From assembly GCA_030770535.1 (NCBI GenBank), contig JASVEC010000028.1, positions 1-64,000 of the forward strand: 64,000 nucleotides of DNA, written 5' to 3'. Source of the DNA: Batkoa obscura (taxonomy: Eukaryota). Under the pieces are notes generated by a model that did no database searches, was not told where the DNA came from, and saw only the letters and a list, made by a program, of their open reading frames with translations. Position 1 is the first letter of the stretch; each line of letters begins with the position of its first letter. Below, one piece after another: positions 27,438-41,151 of this stretch. Both the position numbers and the translations under genes were made by a program.

Positions 27438-28722
27438 GAGTATTTCGATAATATTACATTGTAGAAGTTTATTTGAGATTGCTTTTGTTTATACATACCA
27501 ATAGTATTAGAAATTAAACAACAGTAGAATAACAATTACAATACATCCTATACATGCTTATATTTGTTTTTATTTTTTATTTTTTTTTATGTTTAAGACT
27601 TTATAATTGTATTTAGCAATACTTATTGGACATGATAAATGTAAAAATGATTTATTAAGCAAGACTAGTGAAAAAAGTAAGAGTAATGATGTAAATTAAT
27701 AGTTTGCGGAAAAATACTAATTATAGAGTTGAGAATCCCTACCACTCTTGTTACTAGGTAACTTAATTTAATTTAATCATTAGTGCATCATTTTCACAAT
27801 CTGTACATGAATTTGATTGCATAAAAATCTACGCAGATGATAAAACATTCCAGGAAAAAGTCTAATATTTTCAAAGCCCAAACAACATCTTAATGTTTTG
27901 GATATTTATTCATATATGATTTTTTAATCTGTGTACCCTGTTATACAGTTTTTATTACTATTGGGCCCAGATTGATATTCGCGAAGTTATTTCAATTTAC
28001 TTTATCTTTATTCGTATCATGATTCCAGTTTAAAAAATTATCTATCTATATTAATACAGTTCATCCATTTAATATAATTCAATAAAGGTGAAAAATAAAG
28101 AGTACGTCTAATGAAATTATAATAATCTAAAATATAGATTAATACTCCTAGATACTTGTATTTTTTATATAGTACCTGTTTTATGATGAGAGAGTTTAAT
28201 TTTATTTAAACTTGTAGTTCTTCTAATTAAACTGTTTAATAGTTGTATCAACAGTTGCTGTTTCACCTATTGAGTGAAACTACAATAATTGCTTTTAAAT
28301 TAATTTAAATTAATTTACAATTTATTCTAAAAAAATCCGATGTTTATGTGGTGTTAGCCATATAGCTTATTTGATATAATTTGTAATCTATAAGTTTCTT
28401 TGTGAATAGAGAATTTGTTTATATTTCAATATAACAATACTATTATTTTTTCTTATTAAATCCTATGTTATTATTCAAACAATATGTTTCCTTTTACATT
28501 AGAATGGTTTAAATGAAAGTTAACTTCATGATAGCTGCTAAACTATTATGACCTAACTAACTATTCATTTAAGAATAAAATTTTGTTAAATTTAGGCTTT
28601 AAAAAACTAAATAAGCGAATAACTAGCTTTAAAAATTACCACAAATTAAGTCACAATAGAGTTGCAACAGCCGTATTAACAAATCCCTTAAGCCTAATTT
28701 ATTAGTTTTTCAAATACCATAT

Positions 28723-28818
28723 GGGGATGTATTTTTTTGTTTAAGAATTTTACTAATAGTTATCCTATTCAAATAGCACGAAAATAGAAAAAGTGATGAA
28801 ATCAAAAAAAACACCCCC
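28723..28818 (+). mobile_element. MITE copy 5
   Basis: TSD ATAT/ATAT. Confidence 0.9.
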
Positions 28819-29082
28819 ATATTAATTTATCATTATTACTGCAATTTTATTGTGTATATCCTCGAAATTCCTTTGAAAGCCAAAAACTGTAATCTTATAG
28901 TGATGATATAATTCTTGTTTTATTATTAACTTTCTTAAATAAAACTTTTATCATATTAAGCTGTTGAATATCAGCTGTTCAAGGTTATTAATGAAAAACA
29001 TAATAAGAACAATTTTCTAATAAACAGAACTTTATTTATTATATTACATTAATACTAACTTAAAGCAGTCTAGAAAATAAAC

Positions 29083-29607
29083 TTAAACGAGGAATAATGA
29101 TGCTGCTGCAATTGCAACTAAAGGAGAATTAGATGAGAAAAATGCAGAGGAGGTTTGTGAAGTTGACTTAGCAGCGTTGCTATTGATACTGGTACTGATA
29201 GATTTCAAAACATCTTGATAGCATTTGAGACTACAAGAGATATCGTCTTTACAATCTTTGGTGCATTTTACAGTTTTATCAAGATCCTCCTTTGAAACTT
29301 TTCCATCAGTGCATTTGGATAAGCAAGCAGTATCATCTTTACAATTGGAAACGCATTTAATATTTTCTTGAGTTTGTTCGGAAGTAAGATCTGATGGTAA
29401 GGCATCAGTTATACATTTTGTTTTACAGTTGTCATCGCTACACTTTGATTGACAAGTGCTTATTTTGTTTTCGATTTCAATGCCTGCTTCGAATACTTTT
29501 TTACAAAGATCTTTAGTGGAAGGGTCTAGTGAATCACATTGATTTTTTGATACAGCTGCTGAAGCGATAGATACAATTAAAAAGGCTACAATTGATTGAT
29601 ATTTCAT
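29083..29607 (-). CDS. Cys-rich secreted, probably GPI-anchored surface protein (paralog A)
   Basis: Signal peptide, three Cx3C-x4-6-Cx3C units, Ser/Thr stalk, hydrophobic C-terminus. Confidence 0.85.
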   Translation of the reverse strand: MKYQSIVAFLIVSIASAAVSKNQCDSLDPSTKDLCKKVFEAGIEIENKISTCQSKCSDDNCKTKCITDALPSDLTSEQTQENIKCVSNCKDDTACLSKCTDGKVSKEDLDKTVKCTKDCKDDISCSLKCYQDVLKSISTSINSNAAKSTSQTSSAFFSSNSPLVAIAAASLFLV

Positions 29608-30540
29608 TTCTCTGATATAAATTTAAGTTGAATGATAAATTTCAGTCTGCTATATATACTTTTACATCAGAATATTATTATGCTTAGTATGCTATGACTT
29701 AACTCGATTTAATCTATTTATAATTTAAATTTTATAAATATATTTTGATAGGTTATGAGGAGGAATTGGCTTTTGTGTAAATCTTGGCAGAAATCATCAA
29801 GAATTTTTTTGATTCGTATTAGTTAAAGCCAAAACCTATTATAATATTCAAGGCGTACCACAAAGCTATTAATAAGCGTAACCATTGCATATTAAGATAT
29901 GGAAATCAATGTAGTGAATGTATGTTGTCATGCCTTGTTTTAACAGAATAGCAATACCCAAATCTTATCACTTATTAATATTCTAAAAGAAATTAGTGCA
30001 TAACTAATCATAGTTCATTTAACTCGGATAGTAACATAAAATTCTTGACTTATGAAATACCAAATAAATTACTGGTTGAATAGCCATTGTTAATTTTGCC
30101 AGTAAGTAAGATAAAAATAGAATTAATTTTGGGCATATATTTTTGTAAAAAATCCACTAAATTAAAATAATGATTAAATACTTGATCATTTCAAAAAAAT
30201 TATTTATAGATCTGGGTCTAATAATAAATATTTTAGCCGCACTTGTATGAAAGTTAAAGTGGTTTGGTTAATTTCTCCTAAACTTATAGTAACATTTGAC
30301 GTATGTTAGATAACTCATAGCAAATATCAATACCCTTCTATCATATATATAGCATAAAGTTTTAATGTTGTATAATAACCAAAAAAGATTATTATAAAAA
30401 AATAATAATTAAACCTTTATAAAATCCAGCTACCAGGTAGGTCAAAAAGTGTTAGGCTATTTGATTGAGACCACTATATGAGATTAATATAATGGAATAA
30501 AAATGAAGCCGAGTAGAAGGCTATCCTATACATTACAATT

Positions 30541-30638
30541 GGGGATGTATTTTTTTGTTTAATAATTTTACTAGCAATCTTTCCGCTCAAATAGCACTTA
30601 AAAAATGGAAAAATAATGAAACCAAAAAAAACACCCCC
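30541..30638 (+). mobile_element. MITE copy 6
   Basis: TSD AATT/AATT. Confidence 0.93.
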
Positions 30639-31321
30639 AATTGATAAAACTTATATTGCACTAAAAATGCTACAAGAAAAAATATCAAGCTCAAATAATC
30701 TTTTATAACTTTGGTATTTTATAAATCAAAATTTTAGCCCAAAAGTTAATACAATACAGTTTCAATTTTTTTGCTATAGTCGCGATAGGTTAAAAATACT
30801 GCGTTGTGTATCTTTCTATCGCCTTTATATTGCTTAACATTTGTCAATATCTTCAACCATACCCACTGACCCTTAAAGGCTGGCAGTGTCAAATAAAAAA
30901 TGGTGATTACAATTTATATTTCAAATTCTATCAACATTAGCAAAATTGTTAATATTAGAGTTTTAAAAAAAAATACTCTTCAATGACCAATATAATATTT
31001 AATATTATAAACAATGATTTTGAAATAATAAATCAATTGTAAATATTCAAATGCCGATAATCGTTTCTATAAGAACTAAACTTTAGCTTATTTGAGGAAT
31101 TACTATATTAAATAAAAAATTTATTTTATAATGTTTGATAATTTAACTAAAAATAAAATAAAAATATGAAAAATAGATGATGGCAAGATTTAATTAAATA
31201 TTTTATGTGCGCTATTTAAAGCTATAAAATTAAATATTTTAGACTCTTATCTTGAATATGTGATAGGTTGGAAAGAAATAGTTTGATAATTTATTTAATT
31301 TAAATAGCAATCATAGCTTTC

Positions 31322-31687
31322 CTATTTCGCTTCATCATCTAATATATCGTCAATGGCAAACAATAACCTATTAAAATAACTAAAATAGCGATGTTTTCCT
31401 TTTATCTGGGCTTCCTTCACCTTGTTCTTATTATACTTATTTAATTTAAATGACTTTTTCAATCGATTGTACAATTTTGATTTCATGTGCACATTCAAGT
31501 CAAAATCAATTAAACTATCATTATCATTTTCCTTGTCTCTAGGCTCAATATTGATATGAACTGGAACCTTGTTTAACAAGGTAAAGCTTTCTTTAACTAC
31601 CTCATGATCATTCTTATTCATAAAAGGGTGCTCCTTGGAGTGGATCAAATTAAATATTACGTTTAACAAAATGAAAAATAAAAGCAT
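31322..31687 (-). CDS. Small secreted hypothetical protein
   Basis: 121 aa ORF with hydrophobic N-terminus. Confidence 0.6.
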   Translation of the reverse strand: MLLFFILLNVIFNLIHSKEHPFMNKNDHEVVKESFTLLNKVPVHINIEPRDKENDNDSLIDFDLNVHMKSKLYNRLKKSFKLNKYNKNKVKEAQIKGKHRYFSYFNRLLFAIDDILDDEAK

Positions 31688-32059
31688 TTTTTTTTATAAA
31701 ATCAAGTCTATTTAATTTGATTATATACTTTTTTATAGAGGTTTAATTTATTTTTTTGTGGCACATTTTGTTATATTGGATTCTAGTCCTGTTCATATCA
31801 ATTTATTTATGGCATGAAGTGTTTATGGAGAAAAATAAACAATCTTAGCCCTAAAAGTTTTTTGTTGATCATAAGCCATAAAATTTAGTATATTATATAG
31901 ATAATTGAAAGGTAACAAGAGTAAATATAAAAAAAACAGTTAAACCCAATATAGCGTTTATGTACATTGTTTCATTAAAATATCATTGCTTATGTTTTTG
32001 ATAAAATAGTTTAATTTATAATAAATTAATACTGATTAAATTAATTTAGCTTACCAAAT

Positions 32060-32157
32060 GGGAGTGTTTTTTTTGATTTCATCACTTTTTCCATTTTTCA
32101 AATGCTATTTGAGTAGAATAATTGTTAGTAAAATTATTAAACAAAAAATACATCCCC
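32060..32157 (-). mobile_element. MITE copy 7
   Basis: Reverse orientation, flanks AAAT/ATAT. Confidence 0.88.
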
Positions 32158-32363
32158 ATATTTAAAAAGAGAATAAATTCTTAAATTTTCTTAATAAAGC
32201 AATATAAACTTTTACATGTTAAAAATATTAACATTGAATTAATTTGAGAAATTGCCAATAAATTCAATATAGTTAAAGTTTTATATACTATATTAATATA
32301 AACTTTTTAAATGTGAAGATATTAACAACAAAGTTACATGAATTTGATTTCAAACAAATAAAT

Positions 32364-32462
32364 GGGGATGTATTTTTATATTTAAGAATTTTACTAATAA
32401 TTTTTCCGCTCAAATAGCGCTTAAAAGATGGAAAAAGTGATGAAGCCAAAAAAAACACCCCT
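32364..32462 (+). mobile_element. MITE copy 8
   Basis: Full-length copy; left flank AAAT, right end imperfect. Confidence 0.88.
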
Positions 32463-32751
32463 AATATTTATTAAAAAACATTATTTTAAATATGATAATA
32501 TTATATCTTAAGAAAACTAAATATATTAATTTATATGCTGATTATGTAATATCCTCTCGCTGTTCAGGGCTGTCTAATTTCATCCCATAAACTATATACT
32601 TAAATGACAAATGACATAAAAACAATTGACCCCATTGTAAATAATATTATATTAAGACATTTAACTTGCAATAATTAGATGTTCGAATATAGATATAAAA
32701 GATTTGGCAATTTTGTTATATAATAAAGTACTTTAATGGCTTAAAAATTAA

Positions 32752-33321
32752 TCAAAATAATAGAGCTCCAGCAGCTAAAAGAACTAATGGGGAGGCGGTG
32801 TTGATGAACGAATTAGAACCTGCCTTTGGTTTAGGAGGGTCACTTGAAGTAGGTGACTTATTGTTACTTTCCGAACTTCCAGATTTTACAGTAGTATCTT
32901 TGGTTGTTTGCCCTGAAGCTCCCAATGAACACTTAGAAAGGCAACTTATATCGTTATTACAACCTTTAGAACATTCAAGGCTTTTATCAAGATCTTCCTT
33001 TTGGACCATACCACCTGAGCATTTTGAAATACAGGCAGTATCACCTTGCTTACATGAGTTATAACATTTGCTTTGTTCTTGAATATCTGGGGAGTTGATT
33101 AAATCGGAGGCAGCTTCTGTCGAACATTTTACCTTACAGTCCATATCAGAGCATTTAGCTTCACATGCTTTAAGTTTGTTCATATATTCATTTCCAGAAG
33201 CAGCCTGTTTTTCGCAAGTATCTTTAGCACTACCACTAAATGAATCACAAAAGCCTCCACTTGAAACTGCTGCAGAGGTAATGGCTGATATAAAGATAGC
33301 AATAAGTGAGATGTTTTTCAT
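32752..33321 (-). CDS. Cys-rich secreted, probably GPI-anchored surface protein (paralog B)
   Basis: Same architecture as 29083-29607; shares KEDLDK..C.K.C..DISC. Confidence 0.85.
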   Translation of the reverse strand: MKNISLIAIFISAITSAAVSSGGFCDSFSGSAKDTCEKQAASGNEYMNKLKACEAKCSDMDCKVKCSTEAASDLINSPDIQEQSKCYNSCKQGDTACISKCSGGMVQKEDLDKSLECSKGCNNDISCLSKCSLGASGQTTKDTTVKSGSSESNNKSPTSSDPPKPKAGSNSFINTASPLVLLAAGALLF

Positions 33322-34477
33322 TTTTTTGATTTGATTTTTTGATTTTTTGAAAAATTAAAGTATTTATACTTTTTATCAACATGATCCTTATTTTAATTGA
33401 GAAAATAATATTCATAAGACATTTATATGTTAGATGCGGCTTGGATATAATTCATGTACAATTTATTGATATTTGTTGAAGCTTGATTTCATTAACCATT
33501 TTAATAAATGTAACATTTTTTTATTTAAATTAAATATAACTGTTAAAGCTCGTTTGTAAAGTACTTAATTATCTATTTAAAGATAGATTTCTGACACAGT
33601 TTTCGCTAGTGCTTAAATGTTAGGCTCTAAAAAAGTAAGCAAATTAATAATACCCGAACAAATCTTGCTAGAGATTCCATGTTTGAACTTTAACAGATGA
33701 AGAATTCCTGATCAAGCTTTGCATGTTAAATTCTGTTAGAACCCCCAAACGCCCCATCTTTATTTTACCTCAAATTATATAGCTTCTTAATAAACTTTCC
33801 TTTTTTAAATAAATAGAAAACAATAAAGCCGAAATCCTTACTCATACTAAAGCTTAATCCCTTCCGGTTCTAAAAAACATTTGTGATATTGATTAGAGTA
33901 GCACCACTTGTTCATATGTATGATTGGTTTTAATAAAATTCAAAGTTTATATAATGGCATGTATAATGATAATAATAAGTAAACATCGTTTATAATATCA
34001 ATGTTTAATGGTGTCGTTGGGTGTTGCTGATAACAAGTTATAAATATATCACAAATTAATAACTATTTTTAATTAATTTATTGTATAAAACTAAATATCA
34101 AAAAACGCGATAGCTCAAATTATTAGATCTCGCTTTTAACCAAATAAGTAAATAGCTATTAATCTATCAATACCAGTAGTTACCACTATAACTTTGGCAT
34201 AAATATTGTGATCTTAATTTAATTTAACATATCAAAATATCATATAATTTTCAAATTCAAATTAAGTATTTTAATATAGATAAATAAATGTTCTCAAAAA
34301 TTAATTTCTTTAAATATCCATTTCTTTAAAAAATAAACTATAACTCAAATATTATACTATGTTTTAATACATTAAATGCTATTTAACTATTCAATCATTG
34401 TAATAAGCAAACTATCAGTATCTCCAATGCAGTAATTATTTTAAATTTTGGCTTTAATAAAGGGATTTTCACAATAT

Positions 34478-34677
34478 GGGGATGTATTTTATGTTTAAGA
34501 ATTTTACTAACAACCTTTCCGCTCAAATAGCGCTTAAAAAATGGAAAAAATAATAAAGCTAAAAAAAACACCCCCATATGGGGATGTATTTTTGTTTAAG
34601 AATTTTGCTGGCAATTTTTCCACTCAAATAGCACTTAAGAAACAGAAAAAGTGATGAAACCAAAAAAAAACACCCTA
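34478..34677 (+). mobile_element. MITE copies 9 and 10 as a head-to-tail tandem (34478-34575, 34580-34677)
   Basis: ATAT-element-ATAT-element-ATAT. Confidence 0.9.
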
Positions 34678-35387
34678 ATATACTCTCTAAAATACAAAGT
34701 CCCAAAATACATAATGATCCGAAATATATTATTTCAGTAAAAACAATTCATAATTAAGTATCATCTAATTTTTTTATATTACATAAGAATGATACTATTT
34801 TTTATATTATGTCTATATAATATAAGCGTTTTGACTTTATTATAAATAAATATTTACTCATTTTTATTGACTTCATACATTATTAAAATAGCATACTGGA
34901 AAAGCCAATTTGCAACTCAAAAATAGTTCAAATATCTTTAAAGAATTATTAAAAATGTACTTCTATGTCTTAAATTAATTTGTAATATACCAATTGTTTC
35001 TCTAAAGACTATACATTTCTTGTTTAATAATAATATGATTTATTTTTATTTTAAGGCGTTTTTATATATTTAATATATTACAAAACAATGGTATTTTTAA
35101 AAACATTGATATGATATTTAACAAACATATTAAGAGCCAAGGATGATGTCTGAAATATCTTTGAGTATAATATATATTGTTCTAAGATTAAAAACTAATA
35201 TCAGCTTTTTATCATTTTATCGTGATAAAGGTAACAAATAAAAGATAAGAATAATGATTACTTTATTTTTTAATCTGGTGTTTTACTAAATCAACTTAAT
35301 AATGTTGTTATTGACTATAGATAAAAAATTGAAAAAATTGAATTAAAAAATGCTCTTCGATCAAATTTGTAATTTCAATATAGGAAT

Positions 35388-35485
35388 GGGGATGTGTTTT
35401 TTTGTTTAAGAATTTTACTAGCAATCTTTCCGCTCAAATAGGGTTAAAAAATGGAAAAAGTGATGAAACCAAAAAAAACATCCCC
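35388..35485 (+). mobile_element. MITE copy 11
   Basis: Flanks GAAT/AAAT; a possible very degenerate copy follows at ~35539-35623. Confidence 0.88.
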
Positions 35486-36145
35486 AAATACTGAATTAAA
35501 CTTATACTTACTTTCTCAAGCTTACAATTGCAAATATTGGGATGTTTTTTGACTACTAATTTAACATAATTCATTCATTTTTTAAGCTTTAAAAATAGAA
35601 AGGCAGCCGAAAAAAAGACATCTATATTTTATTATTATCTATGGCTTTTTTAAAATACAATAGTAAAAGGATCAGAGCTTTTAGAGGAATCAGAGTAACT
35701 AACCCTACAAACAAATAAAAAAACCAATAAGTAGCTTTAAAAACAAACTTTCAAAATTAGCATATATGAGTATCTTTTTTAACCATTTGTTCACTTTTCA
35801 ACCATAAAGTTTAAAAATATCAGCTAAATTCATAAAACAGACATTATCCTAAAATTTTATGACTATTGTATATGCCCAAAATATATTTTATACATTTATA
35901 TAGATAATAAATTAGCATACTATAATGACAAGTAAATACATTTAAAAATATGCTTTCATTCAATTGTGACATAAAAATATTCATATGTTAAATGGTAAAA
36001 TAAAAGGAAATATAACTATTGTATTTAAAAATGAATTTAATATTTTTATTTTAATTAAAGATAAATTTGTTTATTCTTTAGCGAATCATTTTACTTCTTT
36101 ATTTTATAAAATATCGAAATATTGAATTAGACTATTGTTTTTAAG

Positions 36146-38989
36146 ATGGGTAAAGCTAAGAAATCTACTAAAAAGTTCAATAAGTCCAGCCTCCAGACTG
36201 AGCTCAAAAATAGAAGAAAATTTAAGCAGATAAAGGCTAAAACAGGGAAAAACAAGTCTAGCTCATCTACTGCTGAAAAAAGTGTGAAAAGTAACTTTAA
36301 TTAAACCTTATTAAAACTTTGATTAATGTCAAATCAAACTTTAGGTAAAGATAATGAAAGCTTAGGTTATTTAAAGGTTTCTGGAAAAGATTCGTAATAC
36401 TTTAGAATATCAAATTGATAATTACTAACTAAAATAAATAGCACTACTACTACAGGTGACATTTTTGAACAATTAGAGGAGGCCGAAGTAATATACATAC
36501 TGTTTGGAATATAATTTAACTAACATTATAGGATTTCGACATATCTGACTCAGAAGGGAATGAAGGTAATTTTATATCATGAGTTAAATTTTGGTTCTCA
36601 TTTTGGAAATAGATTCTGAAGAAGATATACCTGATCAAAACCTTGAAGATATAGAAAGGGAAGACATAGAAGAAGATATAGAGCAGGAAGATATAGAGGA
36701 GGGTATAACAGAAGATATGGAAGAAGAAGGTATGGAAGAAGAAGGTATGGAAGAAGAAGATATAGATGAAGAAGAAGAAGAATACATTAAGGAGATAGAA
36801 AAACTTAAAGAAAAAGATCCCGAGTTCTATAAATATATCGAAGAGAACGATAAAGCTGTTTTAGATTTCGGAGAAGGGGACGACAAAGATGGAGTAGAAA
36901 ATGCTGAAGGAGCTGAAATGAATGTAAGAGTAAACTACTATTATTAACGATATATCTGACTTTTTAAAGGGAACCTTTGATATTGGTTCAACTGTTTTAA
37001 CAGTAAAGCAAATCACTTCTTGGGAACAACATCTTATTAAGGTAATCTTTTTTATTTCAGATATTTATGGGAATTAACTGTTTTAGTCAAAATCCCTAAA
37101 TACTGCTAAGGAACTTATATTAGCTTTTAGGGATGGTACTCATATCAATGATAAAAATGAGGAAACCAGCCCTGTAGCTAAGTATAGCTTGAATAGCGAT
37201 AAAGGTATTTTATTTAAAGTTATCATATTTTAACTAAATATCGTAGTATTTAATAAAGTTATGGTTGCAGCTATGAGGTCGCTCCCAAGTTTTTTTAATC
37301 ATCATTTAAAAACCGGAAATAATCCGTAAGTTTATTTAACTGATATTTACAAGGATCCAAACTAAACCTGTGTTAGTAAAACCCTCCCATCTCAATCAAA
37401 AAGTTGGAAAAAGATGCAAGCACTCGTTAAGACTTATTTAGAATCCATTGTCCATATGTTGTCTCAAATAACTGAGCCAGACATGATTAAGTTCATACTT
37501 GACCGTACTCAGGATTTAATAAAATATATCGCCTGTTTCCCAAAGATATTGAAAAGTTTCTTAAAATTGTGGCTCGAGTTCTTTGGATCATCTAATGAAA
37601 GTAGTGTCTATCTTTCAGCCTTTTCTTTAATTAGAAAAATTTCAATTATATCCCCATTTGCACTTGATTTAAGTATTAAAGTAAGTTTTTGTACAATATT
37701 GTTTTAAAATAGTTAATTTTGTCAGGGAGTATATTCTACTTACATTCGTGCTACAAAATCCATTAATAATTACAACTTTTTACGCCTCAATGTCTTAAGA
37801 AGTCTCAGTGTAGAGTTGTTTGGTCATGATTTTGATAAAAGTTATCAATTAGCTTTTACTTCAATTCGTCAATTAGCCGTACATCTTCGTAATTCCATTA
37901 ATAACAAAACTAAAGTAATTATTTCGTGTAGCTACTTACAAAATTAACTAACGATCTTAGGAATCTTACACATTGATTTATAATTGGCAATTTATTTCTT
38001 CAATATCTTTTTGGTCCAAAGTTTTATCTACTTACTGTAATAAAGACATAGAAGCCGAGCATGGTGAATCCCCGTTACGTCCATTAATTTACCCTTTAGC
38101 ACAAGTTACTTTAGGTGTTATAAGGTAGTCATTGTCTATTGTTTAGACCATTTTTTAATTTTTTATAGATTGATACCTTCTCCAAAATATTTCCCGTTAC
38201 GTCTTAATTGTATCAAAGCCCTTTTAGCACTTACACATAAAACTACCGTATATATTCCTATCTCGCCCTACCTTATAGAAGTAAGATTCTTTTTTTAAAA
38301 CTGCAGTTTAATATAATGTTTAGATGCTTGAATCTTCCGAATTCCAACGTCGTCCAAGTAATTCTACTCTTAAACCATTTAATCTCAACTTGGTTTTGAA
38401 AGCACCAAAGGAACATTTAGGAACGAAAACCTATCAAGTAATTTTAAATGAAAATAGCAAGAATAATATTAATGATAGTAGGACATGTTATCTGATGAAA
38501 TACATGAATGTCTATTAGCCCATTTAGCCTCATTCTCTAATTCTATTGCTTTCCCAGAAATCACTCTTCCTTTAATACATTATGTAAGCTAGTAACATAT
38601 TAATCAAAAAATAGCTAACAATTGGAATAGCTTAAAAGATTTAAAAAGGCCTCAAAAAATATGAAGATAAATAAATTTTTAGAGAACATTTTATTAAAGG
38701 TAAATTAGAATAGATTTTAAGAAATGGATAATAACTTTTTCAAAGATTGATGCCACCACAATAATAATCCAAAAACATCGTTCTCAGCTTGATTTCGCAC
38801 CCTCTAATGTTGAAAAAATGGTAAACTTAATCCAAAGCTTTATTATTACTTTGTAATTTCGTTATTTAGAAAGCATTTGTTGACTCTGTATCTTCAGATG
38901 ACACTCCTATTGGACAGTACTATACTAAATACCTTGAGATGAAAGCTAAGAAAGAGGCATTACTTAATGACGCTGAGGACTCGGATTAA
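36146..38989 (+). CDS. NOC2: Nucleolar complex protein Noc2 (multi-exon)
   Basis: [67 protein letters not shown]. Confidence 0.93.
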
Positions 38990-39517
38990 ATTTCTAGCAA
39001 GAGTTATTTGAATCCAAAATCTTAGCTGTAACCATTACATAGCAGTTACTACGTTTACTTTTTAAAATATTAATTGTTTGAAATAGAATATAGCTTTATA
39101 AAATAAAATGATAGACTTTATTATTATTGCTTCTTTTGAATTAGAGCAGTTTAACATATATTTCAAATTATTTTTCGATACTATAGAGAGTAAAATTTGA
39201 CTTTATTTGAATAGAATATCAACTTAGTTTTGAATTTGATTTGCTTCAATACTTTAAATTATTTCTCGAAAATTTATGAAACTGTTTTCTAAAAGTAAAG
39301 GTGGACTATAAACTCAATTAGTAGTAAAAGATGTATAAAGACTATAAGGTATAAAAACCAATTTTGATATTACTATTACTAAAACGTCTATAGTTGATAC
39401 TTCCATCAAGGGAGTATGTAAGCCCAAACTTAATAAATAAATTGTATGAAGAGAACAGGGAAAGGATTGAGGTAAAAGATACAAGAATTTATGTAGGAAA
39501 ATTAAAATTAGATGTAA

Positions 39518-40677
39518 TCTAAGTCCAAGAAAAGCAATAAGAGTAAAAAAAAAGTAAACAAGAGTAATGTCTTAAAAGAGTCCAACTGGCTTAAATTTAG
39601 AAAGGTATTTACTTCAGGAGATTTAAAACGATAGAGATTAAAATTAATAAAGCAATTACTTTCCAAACTGATAAAAAATAAGCAAAAAAAGAATGGGGAA
39701 GATACTACCATAGAGTAATTTAATTCTAGATCAATAAATAATATTTTTATTCTTTTTTTTAGGATTACTGAATTGTAAGAATAAGCTAATTGTTATTTAT
39801 AACTAACTATATTTCATAGAGAAGTCAAAAAAGAAAACGTACTACAAGAGTTAAAAGACAGATTTAAAAAAATTCAGTCATATAATCAAGATGAAACGTA
39901 AACTCTATCTTTTTAAAGGAAATAAGTTTTAATCTTGTATAGTATATCTAATTTTGTAGCATTAAGTACAGCTTTTACATATATTGAAAATAAAATGGAG
40001 CGTTTAGCCAAGGTTACTATTGTTGATTCGAATGGTAGGCTTGTATACAATGCTTTCATTAAATCTTCAAAACAGGTAGTTAATTATAACAAAAAAGTAT
40101 ATGGGTTTACAAGTGAAGACTTTAATAAAGGTATAAAGCTAAGTTTCGTAATTAGATAATTAAAATTAAATAAATTGAAAGGTAAACCATTTTTAAAGGT
40201 CCAAGAAGAAGTAAAAGGTATAATAGAAGGAAGGGTATTAATTGGAGCAAATTTAAACAAAAGTTTAGCATTATTGAACATTACACATCCTAAAATAAAC
40301 TCATGTGATATTGTAAAGTTTCGACCCTTGCTTAAAGTAAACTGTGGGAGACCATTAACGCTTAAAAAACTTTCAAAGCACCTTCTAGGGTTATGGATTC
40401 AAGATAAATCTATCAATACAGTAAGTTGTATAGTTTAATCCCAATACAGATTTTAATTATTTTTAAGATAGAAGACTCATACGCGTGTATGGCAATTTAT
40501 GGTATAATTAAAAGGTCCATAAAAAATCCTAATCCGGTCGAAATTAAAGCTGGGGATGATATAGAGCTACTTCCAACTAAAAATAAACCAAAAGAAGTAA
40601 AAAAGAATAAAAGAAAAGAAACACAACCAAGCTCCAAGTCTGACAAGCCTCCAAAAAAAGAAAAGACGGGGAAATAA
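39518..40677 (+). CDS. REX4-like DEDDh exonuclease-fold protein with substituted catalytic residues (multi-exon; start approximate)
   Basis: SNWLKFR, LAKVTIVDSNGRLVYN, KPFLKVQEEVKGIIEGRVLIG, TLKKLSKHLLGLWIQ, IEDSYACM. Confidence 0.75.
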
Positions 40678-41151
40678 TTAATATAGAAGGATATAGAATT
40701 AGAAGTTATAATATATTTATGCTTTATTTAAGCTCTATTTTTCTAAGTGTTTTTTAAAGCTGTAAATAAAAGTTTAAAAATATTAATAGCTATTAATAAT
40801 CAGGTTTTTTAAATAAATCTTTATTTTTGAATCAAAAGAAAAAAACTAGGGTTGAGCTATCCTTGATGCTAATGGTTTTGAAATCCCATGATTTCAACTC
40901 TTTTTCGTTTTATTTATATTATAGTTCATAATATATGTGAAAATAAATTAAACCATATTCTACAGAAAGTCGGATATTTGAAAATATTTGCTAATTTTAT
41001 AATATAGCCTAGTACTGCTATAAAATTCCGTTCGAAAATAGCAACCATTTCTAATTTTGAGCTTTTAGTTGAAATTTATGACAAGCATTCACAAATAAAT
41101 TTAGTTTGATAAAATTAATAAGCTTCTTTTAAGCAAGCTAACTTTATAAAA

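Noticed and set aside
28130..28380. Minus-strand KKYKYLGVLI, and upstream ISYMANTT, resembling non-LTR reverse transcriptase motifs
   Set aside because: Only two short motifs, no catalytic DD and no sustained reading frame. A very old LINE relic is possible but cannot be supported without a search.
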